From positions 349,393 through 381,392 of the forward strand of contig CP186953.1 in the NCBI GenBank assembly GCA_049570475.1: 32,000 bases of DNA. Reading direction: 5' to 3'. This document shows positions 7,911-16,801 of this stretch, in pieces. The notes beneath the pieces are model-generated. The model was not told the DNA's origin. It saw only the letters and a program-made list of their open reading frames with translations, and searched no databases. Position 1 is the first letter of the stretch. Every line of letters begins with the position of its first letter. The DNA comes from Candidatus Methanosuratincola verstraetei. GTDB lineage: Archaea; Thermoproteota; Methanomethylicia; Methanomethylicales; Methanomethylicaceae. The position numbers and the translations under genes were made by a program.

Positions 7911-8462
7911 ATGAAGGTGATAGTGGGCATAACTGGTGCAAGCGGGACAATATACGGGTACAGGCTCCTCCAGATTCTCAAAGAGCGCGGGGTTGAAACT
8001 GCGACAATAATCTCAGAGTACGCGGTAAAGATACTTCAGATGGAGGACGCCAAGTCAGTGGAGGACCTGGCCGAGTTCGGGGAGGTGTACAGCAACTCGG
8101 ATCTGATGGCGCCGACTGCAAGCGGGAGTTGCAGGTTCGACGCAATGGTAATAGCCCCGTGCACCATGAAGACTCTCGCAGAGATCGCGAATGGGCTGTC
8201 TTCAAGCCTGATCTCGAGGACTGCGGATGTGGCGCTCAAGGAGAGGAGGAAGCTCATACTCGTGACCAGGGAGACCCCCCTCAGCCTAGTCCACATAAAG
8301 AACATGTTGAAGGTTACCTCTGCAGGCGCTGTCGTTCTCCCAGCATCGCCAGGGTTCTACCACAAACCGGAGACGATCGAGGGCCTGGTGGACTACATAG
8401 TAGGCAAGGTGCTGGATCAGCTCGGCATAGAGCATGACCTGTTCAGGAGGTGGGGGACGTAG
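7911..8462 (+). CDS. ubiX: flavin prenyltransferase UbiX
   Basis: MKVIVGITGASG, the APCTMKTLAEIANG segment and ER(R)KLILV.RETPL. The length (183 aa) is typical. Confidence 0.9.
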   Translation: MKVIVGITGASGTIYGYRLLQILKERGVETATIISEYAVKILQMEDAKSVEDLAEFGEVYSNSDLMAPTASGSCRFDAMVIAPCTMKTLAEIANGLSSSLISRTADVALKERRKLILVTRETPLSLVHIKNMLKVTSAGAVVLPASPGFYHKPETIEGLVDYIVGKVLDQLGIEHDLFRRWGT

Positions 8463-8835
8463 AGGCAGTGCTTGACAGGCCAGCCTCCCTCATGAGTTCA
8501 ATGAGGATGTCAGTGCAGGCCAAAGCGTTGTTCACAAGCATCGAGATCTCCTCTTTGGTGGCGTTTTCGACATGGATGCCTGAAACCGCGAGGCACCTCT
8601 TCCCTGTTGCCCTGCTGACCTTCTCGGAAACCTGGTGCGAAACCACGAAGTCCTTGTGTAGGGGGATAGAGAAGGAGACTGCCGAGGCTGGCGGATCCGA
8701 CAGCGAAAACCCCCCGATGTGCGGCATCTCTCCGCCACCTACATAAACGATTATGCCGTCCCCTGCTTGGATGGCCTCGGCGAAGATCCTGTAGCGCCCT
8801 TTGCCGAAACTAGCAGTAATGCCCATTCCGACCAC
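8443..8835 (-). CDS. lpdD: LpdD-like protein (prenylated-flavin chaperone family)
   Basis: VGGGEMPHIGG, ...HKD..VS... and AVSGIHVENATKEEI resemble the GG..PHIG / AGIHV signature of L. plantarum LpdD as I recall it. The start is GTG 8835 or ATG 8826, directly abutting the top6A stop. Confidence 0.55.
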   Translation of the reverse strand: MVGMGITASFGKGRYRIFAEAIQAGDGIIVYVGGGEMPHIGGFSLSDPPASAVSFSIPLHKDFVVSHQVSEKVSRATGKRCLAVSGIHVENATKEEISMLVNNALACTDILIELMREAGLSSTASTSPTS

Positions 8836-9990
8836 TCAGACTATCCAGTCCTTGCTAGCCAGCTTCTCAGGCAGGTAGACGTCGGAGAGGAACCTGAAGC
8901 CCTTGGATGACTTGGCTTCGATCTCTGCCTTGACGCGGCGCTCCAGGAAGAGGTGGATCTCCTGTCGCCAGCGCTTGGAGTCATAGAACCACGGGTACCT
9001 CGGCTTCTTCGTCTTTTGATCCCTTACGAGCAGCTCCTTTGCCCTCTTTATGTCCATCTCGTTAGCCTTTATGAGGTGGTCCTTCGGGACTTCATACTTC
9101 TCGAGGTCAGTCATAGTGAGCCCCAAGAACTTCGCCTCTGGGCAGGCCAGCCGGAAGGATTCGTAGGAGAGGCTGATGCTTCCTGCCCTGTAGGTTGAGT
9201 ATATGTACCACCCGAATGGGTCGGCATCGGTCAGGACGTAGACGGGCAACCCCCACTCCTCGTTGAGGCGCCTGACCATCCTCCGGGTTGCCCGGTCTGC
9301 CTGGCCCTTCCCAGTGATCAGGACGCACTTGTTCCTCCTCCAGAACTCATAGTCATTGAGGCGCTGGAATATTGCGTCCTTCTCGACAACCAAGACGTAT
9401 TCAGCGTCGACGCTCACTATCTGGATCTGGTCGCAAAGTGAGGGTATGTTGAACGCGCCAATCCCGAATTTGGAGCAGTCGATCTTGTTCCCCTTGGACT
9501 GGAGGACCACATCGCCCACCAGCGCACCCCTAGACTCCGCCACAACGCCCATCTGCTCCCGGAGCAGCCCGGTCATGACTTCAATGTCTTGGAATATGTT
9601 GTTGGACTCGTCTTGGCTGTTGAAAGTCTCTATGTTTGTGCCTTCAATAGTGTGGAGCGTGTAGTAATAGAGGTCCCTTATGGTCGGGTGATCGTCGTGC
9701 TGGAGGGCCTCATATATGCCTCTCGCGAGAAGCAGGGTCTGCATGAACGACCTCACTTCGCTGATGTCATTGAACCTGCGCTCGCTCACCCTCTCCCCGA
9801 GCGTCAGGATCTTGCGATTCTCGTCGTAGACGGTATTGGAGGCGGTCCTCACAGGGATCCTTAGCACTGGCGGCTTCGACTCTGCTATGTCAGACGCCAA
9901 GTTCATGAAGATCTGGCGGAGCTTCTTGGCAGAGTCGTCGAAGGTCTCAAGCGGGCGCAAGTTCTGCTCGGGCTTTCTGTTCTTGACCAC
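8836..9990 (-). CDS. top6A: DNA topoisomerase VI subunit A (Spo11-like)
   Basis: A winged-helix and Toprim architecture with YVLVVEKDAIF, TGKGQADRATRRMVRRL and VLTDADPFGW. Confidence 0.95.
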   Translation of the reverse strand: MVKNRKPEQNLRPLETFDDSAKKLRQIFMNLASDIAESKPPVLRIPVRTASNTVYDENRKILTLGERVSERRFNDISEVRSFMQTLLLARGIYEALQHDDHPTIRDLYYYTLHTIEGTNIETFNSQDESNNIFQDIEVMTGLLREQMGVVAESRGALVGDVVLQSKGNKIDCSKFGIGAFNIPSLCDQIQIVSVDAEYVLVVEKDAIFQRLNDYEFWRRNKCVLITGKGQADRATRRMVRRLNEEWGLPVYVLTDADPFGWYIYSTYRAGSISLSYESFRLACPEAKFLGLTMTDLEKYEVPKDHLIKANEMDIKRAKELLVRDQKTKKPRYPWFYDSKRWRQEIHLFLERRVKAEIEAKSSKGFRFLSDVYLPEKLASKDWIV

Positions 9991-9994
9991 ACGA

Positions 9995-11941
9995 TCACCT
10001 CAAGTATTCCTCAAGTGTGAACTGCTGCTTCTTCGTCTTCGGGGGCGGCGGGATCTTCGCGATCTCCTCGACCTTCTTTTCCGGGCAGGGCTGCGGGGGT
10101 CCGGAAGCGTTAATCGGCAGGGTTGGCGCTTCTTGCTTGGGTTTGTGCGCTGTTTTGGCTCTTTGCTTCGACTTTATCGATTCCATCAGCTTTTCGAAGA
10201 TCAGCGCTTGATCCTGCCCGGTAAGGACAGACATGTCCCTGGCGATCTCCTTAGCATAGATCTGGAATATGCTCTGCCTGTGCTGCTCGTGTTCCTGCCT
10301 TTGGCGGTGAGAGATGTACCCCTGGATCATTCTCCCGAGGCTCTGCAGTGCTAGCCTGAGCTGCTCGCGGATCTCCTCGTGGTAGGCCACGGCGAACTTC
10401 CCAGGAACCGAGTATGGCACCTTGGTGGAAACCAGCGAGACTATAATCACGAGCGGTGCCATCGGGAGGTTACCCTCGTCCTGGGGGAGCTTGTAGTTCC
10501 TCCAGTTTATCTCCTTCACAACCTTGTACAGGAGGCAGTCCTTTGAGTCGTATATGAGCGGGCATTTGTTCGCAAGGCGGATAACCCTCGATTTGAAGAC
10601 GCCCTCCTTGACCCGCTCGCAGTCCTCGATCACCGACTGCCCGCCGTAGGCTGCCCCGACCTCGATCTGGAAAGGTACGCCGCGGTATGACCAAGGTTCC
10701 CTCGATGCGGTGCAGATGAACTCCGCATCAGGGTAGATCCTCCTTATCGACTGGCGGAGTGCATCCTCCCCTATCGGGCTGAGCACATCAAGCGGCGGGC
10801 GCATCAGATCGCCTTCCCTTGCGGCCTTGAGCAGGGCCTCTACGTCGATCTCCTTTGGTGGGGAGGATGGGGCAAGCCCTGAAGCCTTCAGCAGCTCCTC
10901 TGCCTTCGCTTCGGAGATCCTGACGAAGTGCCTCACCAAGAACTGCTTGGCTGTAGCGCAGCAGGTGTCGTTTGACCTCATCTCAAGCAGAGCCCCGGGC
11001 TCCATTGAGAGGAGGTGGGGCCTGATCTCCTTCGGGGGCGGGGGGAGGGTTTCATTTGCCCTCTTGAAGTGGAGCACCTTGGGCTCCTGACCCGGCTGGG
11101 CAACGACCGTGAACTTAAGGTCGGCATGCGGGTTTGCGAGCGATAGCTCCTTAATGAAGGACTCCACCTTTTGGGTGTAGTCCCCTGCAATCATGAGCTC
11201 GACCCTTGTCCCGTGGGGCCTTGGGAAGTCCACCTCTTCAGATGACACAAGCACGGGGGAGTTCTTCTCGGTGTCTATCTTGAGGACAACGCGAAATGCC
11301 TTCGGATCGGACTCGGTCTTTGTCGTGATCACGGCTGGCTCAAGGGATGTGAGCTGGGCATATATAATCGCAGCGTGGACGCCCAGCCCCTGCTGCCCGC
11401 GGGACTGCTTGAATGAGAAGAACTTCGAGCCGTAAAGGACGCTGCCGAAGCACTTTGCAACCTTGCTCTTCAGGACCCCGCAGCCGTTGTCCTCAACCAC
11501 AAGCTTGAAGACCGGGAAGATCCTGACGCTGCCGTCCTTGGTCTTATTTGTGACCACTTCGTACTTCTTCGTGGTGGCAGTCAGTTCCACACTGACCTCT
11601 GGCAGCACGCCCATCGCTTCGCAGGCGTCAAGCGAATTGTCCATCAGCTCCTTGATCGTCTGGACAAGCGCGTGCTCCGGATCACCAAAACCCAGCTGTC
11701 CCAGGTTCTGGCGGTAGTACTGGGCAGGGTTTACCGCCCGCATCTTCCTGGCTTCAATCTCTGCGGCGGTGAGCAGCTCCTTGTGGACGGGCTTGGCGCG
11801 CTTCCTCTTCGCAGCGCCAGCCTTTACACTAGGAGTTGCCTTCTTTTGCGCCTTGCCCTGTGCCCCAATATCCGGAGTAGGAATAGCCTCCACCAACAAT
11901 AGACCCTCGCATTGCGGAATGCCAGAATTTTCGCTTACCAC
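9995..11941 (-). CDS. top6B: DNA topoisomerase VI subunit B (GHKL ATPase); 5' end uncertain (GTG 11941 or ATG 11743)
   Basis: ELMDNSLDA, EDNGCG, GSKF...SRGQQGLG, the transducer domain, and a Lys/Pro-rich C-terminal tail. The first about 30 codons have weak coding signal. Confidence 0.93.
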   Translation of the reverse strand: MVSENSGIPQCEGLLLVEAIPTPDIGAQGKAQKKATPSVKAGAAKRKRAKPVHKELLTAAEIEARKMRAVNPAQYYRQNLGQLGFGDPEHALVQTIKELMDNSLDACEAMGVLPEVSVELTATTKKYEVVTNKTKDGSVRIFPVFKLVVEDNGCGVLKSKVAKCFGSVLYGSKFFSFKQSRGQQGLGVHAAIIYAQLTSLEPAVITTKTESDPKAFRVVLKIDTEKNSPVLVSSEEVDFPRPHGTRVELMIAGDYTQKVESFIKELSLANPHADLKFTVVAQPGQEPKVLHFKRANETLPPPPKEIRPHLLSMEPGALLEMRSNDTCCATAKQFLVRHFVRISEAKAEELLKASGLAPSSPPKEIDVEALLKAAREGDLMRPPLDVLSPIGEDALRQSIRRIYPDAEFICTASREPWSYRGVPFQIEVGAAYGGQSVIEDCERVKEGVFKSRVIRLANKCPLIYDSKDCLLYKVVKEINWRNYKLPQDEGNLPMAPLVIIVSLVSTKVPYSVPGKFAVAYHEEIREQLRLALQSLGRMIQGYISHRQRQEHEQHRQSIFQIYAKEIARDMSVLTGQDQALIFEKLMESIKSKQRAKTAHKPKQEAPTLPINASGPPQPCPEKKVEEIAKIPPPPKTKKQQFTLEEYLR

Positions 11942-11983
11942 TAATTGTGGGAACGTATTTATCGTTTCCCGGGGGTCGGAGGA

Positions 11984-13531
11984 TCAGAATCCCGGCAGCT
12001 CCTCCAATAGCATCCCCTCGATCATGAACGGCGGTTCACGCATTGACAGGCTGACCGCTTCCCTGAGCTTCGAGGGCCTGTTCGCATAGATCTCCACCAC
12101 AGGGTCACCCTTCTTCACCGAATACCCCATCTTGGCATAGAGCTTAACGCCTGCCCCCTTATCCATAGGGGCTCCCGCTGCGCGTGCTATGGCATTTATA
12201 GACCTGTTGCTTATGCTGCTGACATATCCGTCAATTGGGGCGGTTATCACATAGCGGGAGGATCCGAGCGGGATGTCTTCGGGCTTTATGTCAGGGTTTC
12301 CCCCCTGGTGGGCGATGATCTCACGCATCTTCTTGTAAGCCTTCCCGCTCCTCAGGATCTCCTTGGCCACATCCTGGCCGTTCCCCCTCGAGGCGATTCC
12401 GTTCATCTCTAAGAGCATCCCTGCCAAGGAGGTTGACTTCTCGATGAGGCTATTGGGGCCTCCCCCCATGAGTGTTTCGAGCGCCTCTCTCGCCTCGAGC
12501 GCAGGGCCCACGGTGTGACCTACGGGCTGGCCTCCATAGGTAATGCCGCACCTTACCCTTATGCCAAGCCGGTTCCCGAGCTCGATGAAGTCATTGCCAA
12601 GCTTCCTTGCAGTCTCAAAGTCCTCCACTTTCGCGCCTCTGCCCGTCGGGATGTCCAGGACCAGCGTGCTCACCCCGACTGCTAGCTTTTTGGACATTAT
12701 CGAGGCCATCATCTGCGGGCGGGGATCGATCGAGAGCGGGTGCTCCACCCTTATGAAAAGGTCGTCAGCAGGCGCGAGGTTGAGCGACCCTCCCCAGGCT
12801 ATATAACCCCCCACGTCCCGGAGGAGCCTCTTCAGCTCATCCTCCATGAACTCCACAGGCGCCAAGATCTCCATGGTGTCCGCGGTGCCTGATGGGCTGG
12901 TTATGGCACGGCTGCTGGTTTTCGGGATCTTCAGCCCCGCAGCCGCAACTATTGGGACTATGAGCAGCGTGACCTTGTTTCCTGGCACGCCTCCTATCGA
13001 GTGCTTGTCCACTACCTGCTCTCCGAAGTCGATCGTCTTCCCGGTCTCCACCATCGCCTTGGTGAGGCTCTCTATCTCGTCCATATCCATGCCTACGTAC
13101 TCCTCAGCCATGAGGAAAGCAGCTACCTCCAGCTTGCTCAGGTTGTGGAAGACCGTGTCCTTCACAATCGAGTGGATCTCGCTTTTCGTGAGGGGCTTGC
13201 CTTTCATCTTCTTCCTTATGAACTCGACTGAAGTAGGGGTGGGGGCGACAGAGACTTCAACCAGATCTCCCTCATTGATCGGGAATTCGTTGAAATCCTC
13301 GTAGAACCCAATCTCGCCCTTCTCAACCACAGTCTGGGAGATGTCAAGCATTGCGACAGTCCGCTGGAATCCCTTGGTTACGACCACGCGGTCGTGGATC
13401 CGCAGCATCATCTCCTCAGCGTCGGACTCGTTGATTATAACATTCTTTTCCCCTGTCTTGATCCGTATGAGCCTTGCCCTGAATTTCTGCTGCGCAGGCT
13501 GCATTTCATTCCCCAATTTGTCGGCTGACAT
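11984..13531 (-). CDS. deoA: AMP phosphorylase (thymidine phosphorylase family)
   Basis: Near-collinear with T. kodakarensis AMPpase as remembered: HSIGGVPGNK, PKTSSRAITS.SGTADT, WGGSLNLAPADD, ITYGGQPVGHTVGPALEAREAL and IARAAGAP.DKGAG. Alternative start at ATG 13504. Confidence 0.93.
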   Translation of the reverse strand: MSADKLGNEMQPAQQKFRARLIRIKTGEKNVIINESDAEEMMLRIHDRVVVTKGFQRTVAMLDISQTVVEKGEIGFYEDFNEFPINEGDLVEVSVAPTPTSVEFIRKKMKGKPLTKSEIHSIVKDTVFHNLSKLEVAAFLMAEEYVGMDMDEIESLTKAMVETGKTIDFGEQVVDKHSIGGVPGNKVTLLIVPIVAAAGLKIPKTSSRAITSPSGTADTMEILAPVEFMEDELKRLLRDVGGYIAWGGSLNLAPADDLFIRVEHPLSIDPRPQMMASIMSKKLAVGVSTLVLDIPTGRGAKVEDFETARKLGNDFIELGNRLGIRVRCGITYGGQPVGHTVGPALEAREALETLMGGGPNSLIEKSTSLAGMLLEMNGIASRGNGQDVAKEILRSGKAYKKMREIIAHQGGNPDIKPEDIPLGSSRYVITAPIDGYVSSISNRSINAIARAAGAPMDKGAGVKLYAKMGYSVKKGDPVVEIYANRPSKLREAVSLSMREPPFMIEGMLLEELPGF

Positions 13532-13536
13532 TGCAT

Positions 13537-14847
13537 TCAGTCCTCCGACAGCCGCTTTTCGCCCCACCGCTCCAGTGCAATCCTGAGCTCTTCATGGGAC
13601 TTGGCATACTCATCCAATGGGATCCCTTTCACGCAGGCGTCGATCGCCTGCCTCATTGCGGCCGCGCCGGCTCTTGTCCCCCTCGGGTGGCCATGGATCC
13701 CCCCGCCCGCATTTATGACAAAGTCGTTGCCGAAGACGCGGTAGTTGGCAGGAACGAAGCCAGGGTGGATTCCTCCGGAGGCGACCGGGAAGACCATCCT
13801 CTTCCCGTGCCATTCTGATCTCAGGAAGTCAATTATCCGGTTGAGCTCGGTCCTTGCGCCCTCCTCGCCGCCCATCTTGCCGGCGCCGGATCCGACATGT
13901 AGCTGGTCTCCGCCAAGGAGCCTTGCAATCTTTGCAAGAACGAGCATCGATATGCCGTGCTTCGGGTTCCGGGTAAATGCAGCATGCATTGCCCTGTGCA
14001 TGTGGATCGGGACATGGAAGTCGTGCGACTTGATGAACCATTCGACTGTTGGCAGGCCCAGTATGACGATGTCCAGCATGAGCGTGTTTGCGCCGTTGTC
14101 TATTGCAGTCTCTGCATGCCTGACCATATCCTCCGGATCGGCAGTCACATTGACTGCAAAAAGCACATTCCGACCGGTCTCGGACTTTACCCGATCTAGC
14201 GCTTCCATGACTCGGACTACCCTCTCCTGGAGCGGGCAGAACTTCTGGTTCACGAGCGTCTCGTCGTCCTTTATGAAGTCGACGCCGCCGATCGCGGCCT
14301 CGTAGCAGACCTTTGCGGTCTGTTCTGGGTTGAGTCCGACCTTTGGCTTAACTATCGTCCCTAGGTGGGGGCGGGGCGAAGAGTCTGTCCCGACCAATCT
14401 CCTGACCCCTTCAATTCCAACCCTGGGACCGGGATACATGCCAACAACTTCCCCAGGGAAGTCGATATCCACCAGCCTCACGTTCTTCAGCGCGGAGAGG
14501 CCGAAGAGGTTTCCAGCCACCATGCTCAGCACGTTGGCAATGCCGCTGGTCTCCAGGTCGAAGAGGTCAAGCGGATAAGCGACCCATACGAAACCAGCAC
14601 CCCCCGACCCCTCTGTTCTGAATACCTTTGCAGGCAGGCGGCTCCTTACCCACTCATTGGTAGTGGTTATCTCAGTCCAGGTCCCTATGGACTCCTCGGT
14701 TGCGATCGCGATCCCCGAGGCCTTCAGATCGAGTTCGCTCTCTACATAGTACTTTGCTATTATGTACTTCTCAGGGTCTATCGACTCTGGTGTAGTGTAA
14801 AAGATTTCATCCAGGTAGATCCCTTTCTTGCTGGTCCCTTGCGCCAT
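13537..14847 (-). CDS. rbcL: ribulose-1,5-bisphosphate carboxylase, form III large subunit
   Basis: ESSIGTW-like EESIGTWTE, GTIVKPKVGL (carbamylated Lys), GGVDFIKDDE, HMHRAMHAA and GGIHPG. ATG 14847 lies 6 nt after the e2b2 stop. Confidence 0.95.
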   Translation of the reverse strand: MAQGTSKKGIYLDEIFYTTPESIDPEKYIIAKYYVESELDLKASGIAIATEESIGTWTEITTTNEWVRSRLPAKVFRTEGSGGAGFVWVAYPLDLFDLETSGIANVLSMVAGNLFGLSALKNVRLVDIDFPGEVVGMYPGPRVGIEGVRRLVGTDSSPRPHLGTIVKPKVGLNPEQTAKVCYEAAIGGVDFIKDDETLVNQKFCPLQERVVRVMEALDRVKSETGRNVLFAVNVTADPEDMVRHAETAIDNGANTLMLDIVILGLPTVEWFIKSHDFHVPIHMHRAMHAAFTRNPKHGISMLVLAKIARLLGGDQLHVGSGAGKMGGEEGARTELNRIIDFLRSEWHGKRMVFPVASGGIHPGFVPANYRVFGNDFVINAGGGIHGHPRGTRAGAAAMRQAIDACVKGIPLDEYAKSHEELRIALERWGEKRLSED

Positions 14848-14853
14848 CAATCA

Positions 14854-15837
14854 TCACCGCTCCTCCTCTTCAACAAAGACTCTCCCAGTCTGCTCCTCGC
14901 CAATTCTATATCCGAACTCTTCCATTAATATCAATATTGCAGCCTGCGGAGGGATCACGCCCCGCTCAGTGATTATAGCGTCTATCATCTCCGCGGGCGT
15001 GATGTCGAACGCAGGGTTGGCTATCTTCACATTACCCAGAGCTGCAACCTCTTCCTCAGGGACGACCTCAGTCGGGGGGCGCTCCTCGATCTCCACGAGC
15101 TCGCCAAGCATGGTCGAAGGGCTGAACTTGTAGGTTTCCGCACAGACGTAGACCCTGACCCTCGCCTCCTTTGCTGCAAGCGCAATCTGCGATGTGCCGA
15201 TCTTGTTCACGACAGCCCCGTTCGCGGTCACCACATCTGAGCCCACCACGACCTTGTCGACCTTGGGCATGAAGTACCTAGCGGCGGAGTCTACAATCAG
15301 CGTTACAGGTATGCCCGCCTCCGAGAGGGCCTTCGCAGTCAACCGGCCTTGGTACCTAGGGCGGGTCTCGGTCGCTATGACTGAGAAGTCTTTGCCCTGG
15401 CGCTTTGCCTCGATCAGTGTGGATATCGCGACCGAGCTGTTGCAGTGGGTCATCACGAGGTCGCCGTTCCTAATCCGCTTTGAACCGATCTCGCTTATCC
15501 GCTTCACGGCCTCGAATGAGGACTTCAAGAAGGCATCGCTGGCTTCTATAGTCGTCTGCCTCAGCACTTCGGTCGGGGCGCCATCCCTGTAGGCGCCGAG
15601 TACGCGGTGCCTTATGTAGTTCAGGGCATTTGCAAGGGAAACCGCTGTTGGCCTCGTGTTGATCAGCAACCGGTAGACCTCGTCGAAACCCTCCATATAT
15701 GACGTGGCGTCAGGGGCCTTGCTTCCCAACGCATACGACTTCAGACCGCTGGCAGCAGCCCTACCGATCTCGGCAGCCCCCCTGATCCGCATAGACCTGA
15801 TGTCCTCTGCAAGCCGGATTATCTCTTCACTTGCCAA
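14854..15837 (-). CDS. e2b2: ribose-1,5-bisphosphate isomerase (eIF-2B alpha/beta/delta-like)
   Basis: Collinear with T. kodakarensis TK0185 as remembered: IRGA..I, TRPTAVSL.NAL, THCNS, TETRP..QG, GSD.V..NGAV.NKIGT, ETYKF and ITERG. TTG start with GGGAGGT about 10 nt upstream. Confidence 0.9.
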   Translation of the reverse strand: MASEEIIRLAEDIRSMRIRGAAEIGRAAASGLKSYALGSKAPDATSYMEGFDEVYRLLINTRPTAVSLANALNYIRHRVLGAYRDGAPTEVLRQTTIEASDAFLKSSFEAVKRISEIGSKRIRNGDLVMTHCNSSVAISTLIEAKRQGKDFSVIATETRPRYQGRLTAKALSEAGIPVTLIVDSAARYFMPKVDKVVVGSDVVTANGAVVNKIGTSQIALAAKEARVRVYVCAETYKFSPSTMLGELVEIEERPPTEVVPEEEVAALGNVKIANPAFDITPAEMIDAIITERGVIPPQAAILILMEEFGYRIGEEQTGRVFVEEEER

Positions 15838-15872
15838 AAATAGACCTCCCGACCTGTAGTAGATCTCTGCCG

Positions 15873-15888
15873 GACATTATAAAAAGGT
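15873..15888 (-). promoter_or_regulatory. TATA-like box (minus strand ctttttataatg) upstream of e2b2-rbcL-deoA
   Basis: An AT-rich element in the 58-bp prs/e2b2 spacer, about 40 nt upstream of the TTG start. The GGGAGGT Shine-Dalgarno motif lies between them. Confidence 0.45.
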
Positions 15889-15895
15889 TGGTAGG

Positions 15896-16801
15896 TCATC
15901 GATCAGAGGCGAAATCCCGCAATAGTGCATCTGCAAGCAGAGGAGCTACCGAGACCGAGGCATAATCGTTGTCGATTGTGTCGGTCGTTATCAGCGAGTT
16001 TAGCCCGCCCTCCCTCAGCTTTGAATAGGCACCCTCTACAAGCAGGGAGTGGGTCACCAAAGCGTCTACCCTTCCAACACCGGATTCCTTCAGTTTCCCC
16101 AACACTTCCAAGATGGTCTTGCCAGTGCTAATCATGTCGTCGACGATTACGGCAGCACTGCACATGCCCCCCGAGAGGTCAGACACCCGGACTTCCCTGT
16201 CGCCTAAACGCTCCTTCTCGAGGATGGTGCACACAGAGGGGATCACTTCTGCCACAGCCTTAGCCCACTGGGACGACTCGCTGTCAGGCCCCACAACCAG
16301 CACGCGACCTCCTGGTGAATGCCTAAGGTAATTTTCAGCCAAGAGGGGCATTGCAGAGAGGTTCGTTGCCGGGACTTCGAATACCTCGTTTATTGTCCGG
16401 AACCTATGAAGGTGCAAGTCCACGGTGTAGACGGCATCTGTGCCTGAGGCCTCTATCAACCTGGCGAAGACCTTGGCACTCAGCGCCTCCCCCTCATTGA
16501 AGCGCTCATCCTGCCTTGCATAGGCAAGGTAAGGGAAAACGCCGATAACCTGCCTGCAGCCCATCCCCCTTACAGCGTCCGCAATCAGCGAGTATTCGAC
16601 CAAGAGGCTCCCTGGCGAGAGGGCAAATGACTGTACGATTGCCACATCCTTGCCGCTGACATTGCCGCATACGCGGACATACTGCTCCCCGTCGGGGAAC
16701 TGCCTCCTCTTCACCTCAGCGAGGGGCGCCCCTGAGATCTGCGAGATCCTTCGGGCAAGCCTCTCGGCGCCGGATCCGTATGTCAACACAAGATTCCGCA
16801 A
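15896..16801 (-). CDS. prs: ribose-phosphate pyrophosphokinase (PRPP synthetase)
   Basis: FPDGE, VDLH.H and the VIVDDMISTGKT PRPP-binding loop. The TTG start directly abuts the TAA stop of the upstream ADH. Confidence 0.92.
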   Translation of the reverse strand: MRNLVLTYGSGAERLARRISQISGAPLAEVKRRQFPDGEQYVRVCGNVSGKDVAIVQSFALSPGSLLVEYSLIADAVRGMGCRQVIGVFPYLAYARQDERFNEGEALSAKVFARLIEASGTDAVYTVDLHLHRFRTINEVFEVPATNLSAMPLLAENYLRHSPGGRVLVVGPDSESSQWAKAVAEVIPSVCTILEKERLGDREVRVSDLSGGMCSAAVIVDDMISTGKTILEVLGKLKESGVGRVDALVTHSLLVEGAYSKLREGGLNSLITTDTIDNDYASVSVAPLLADALLRDFASDR

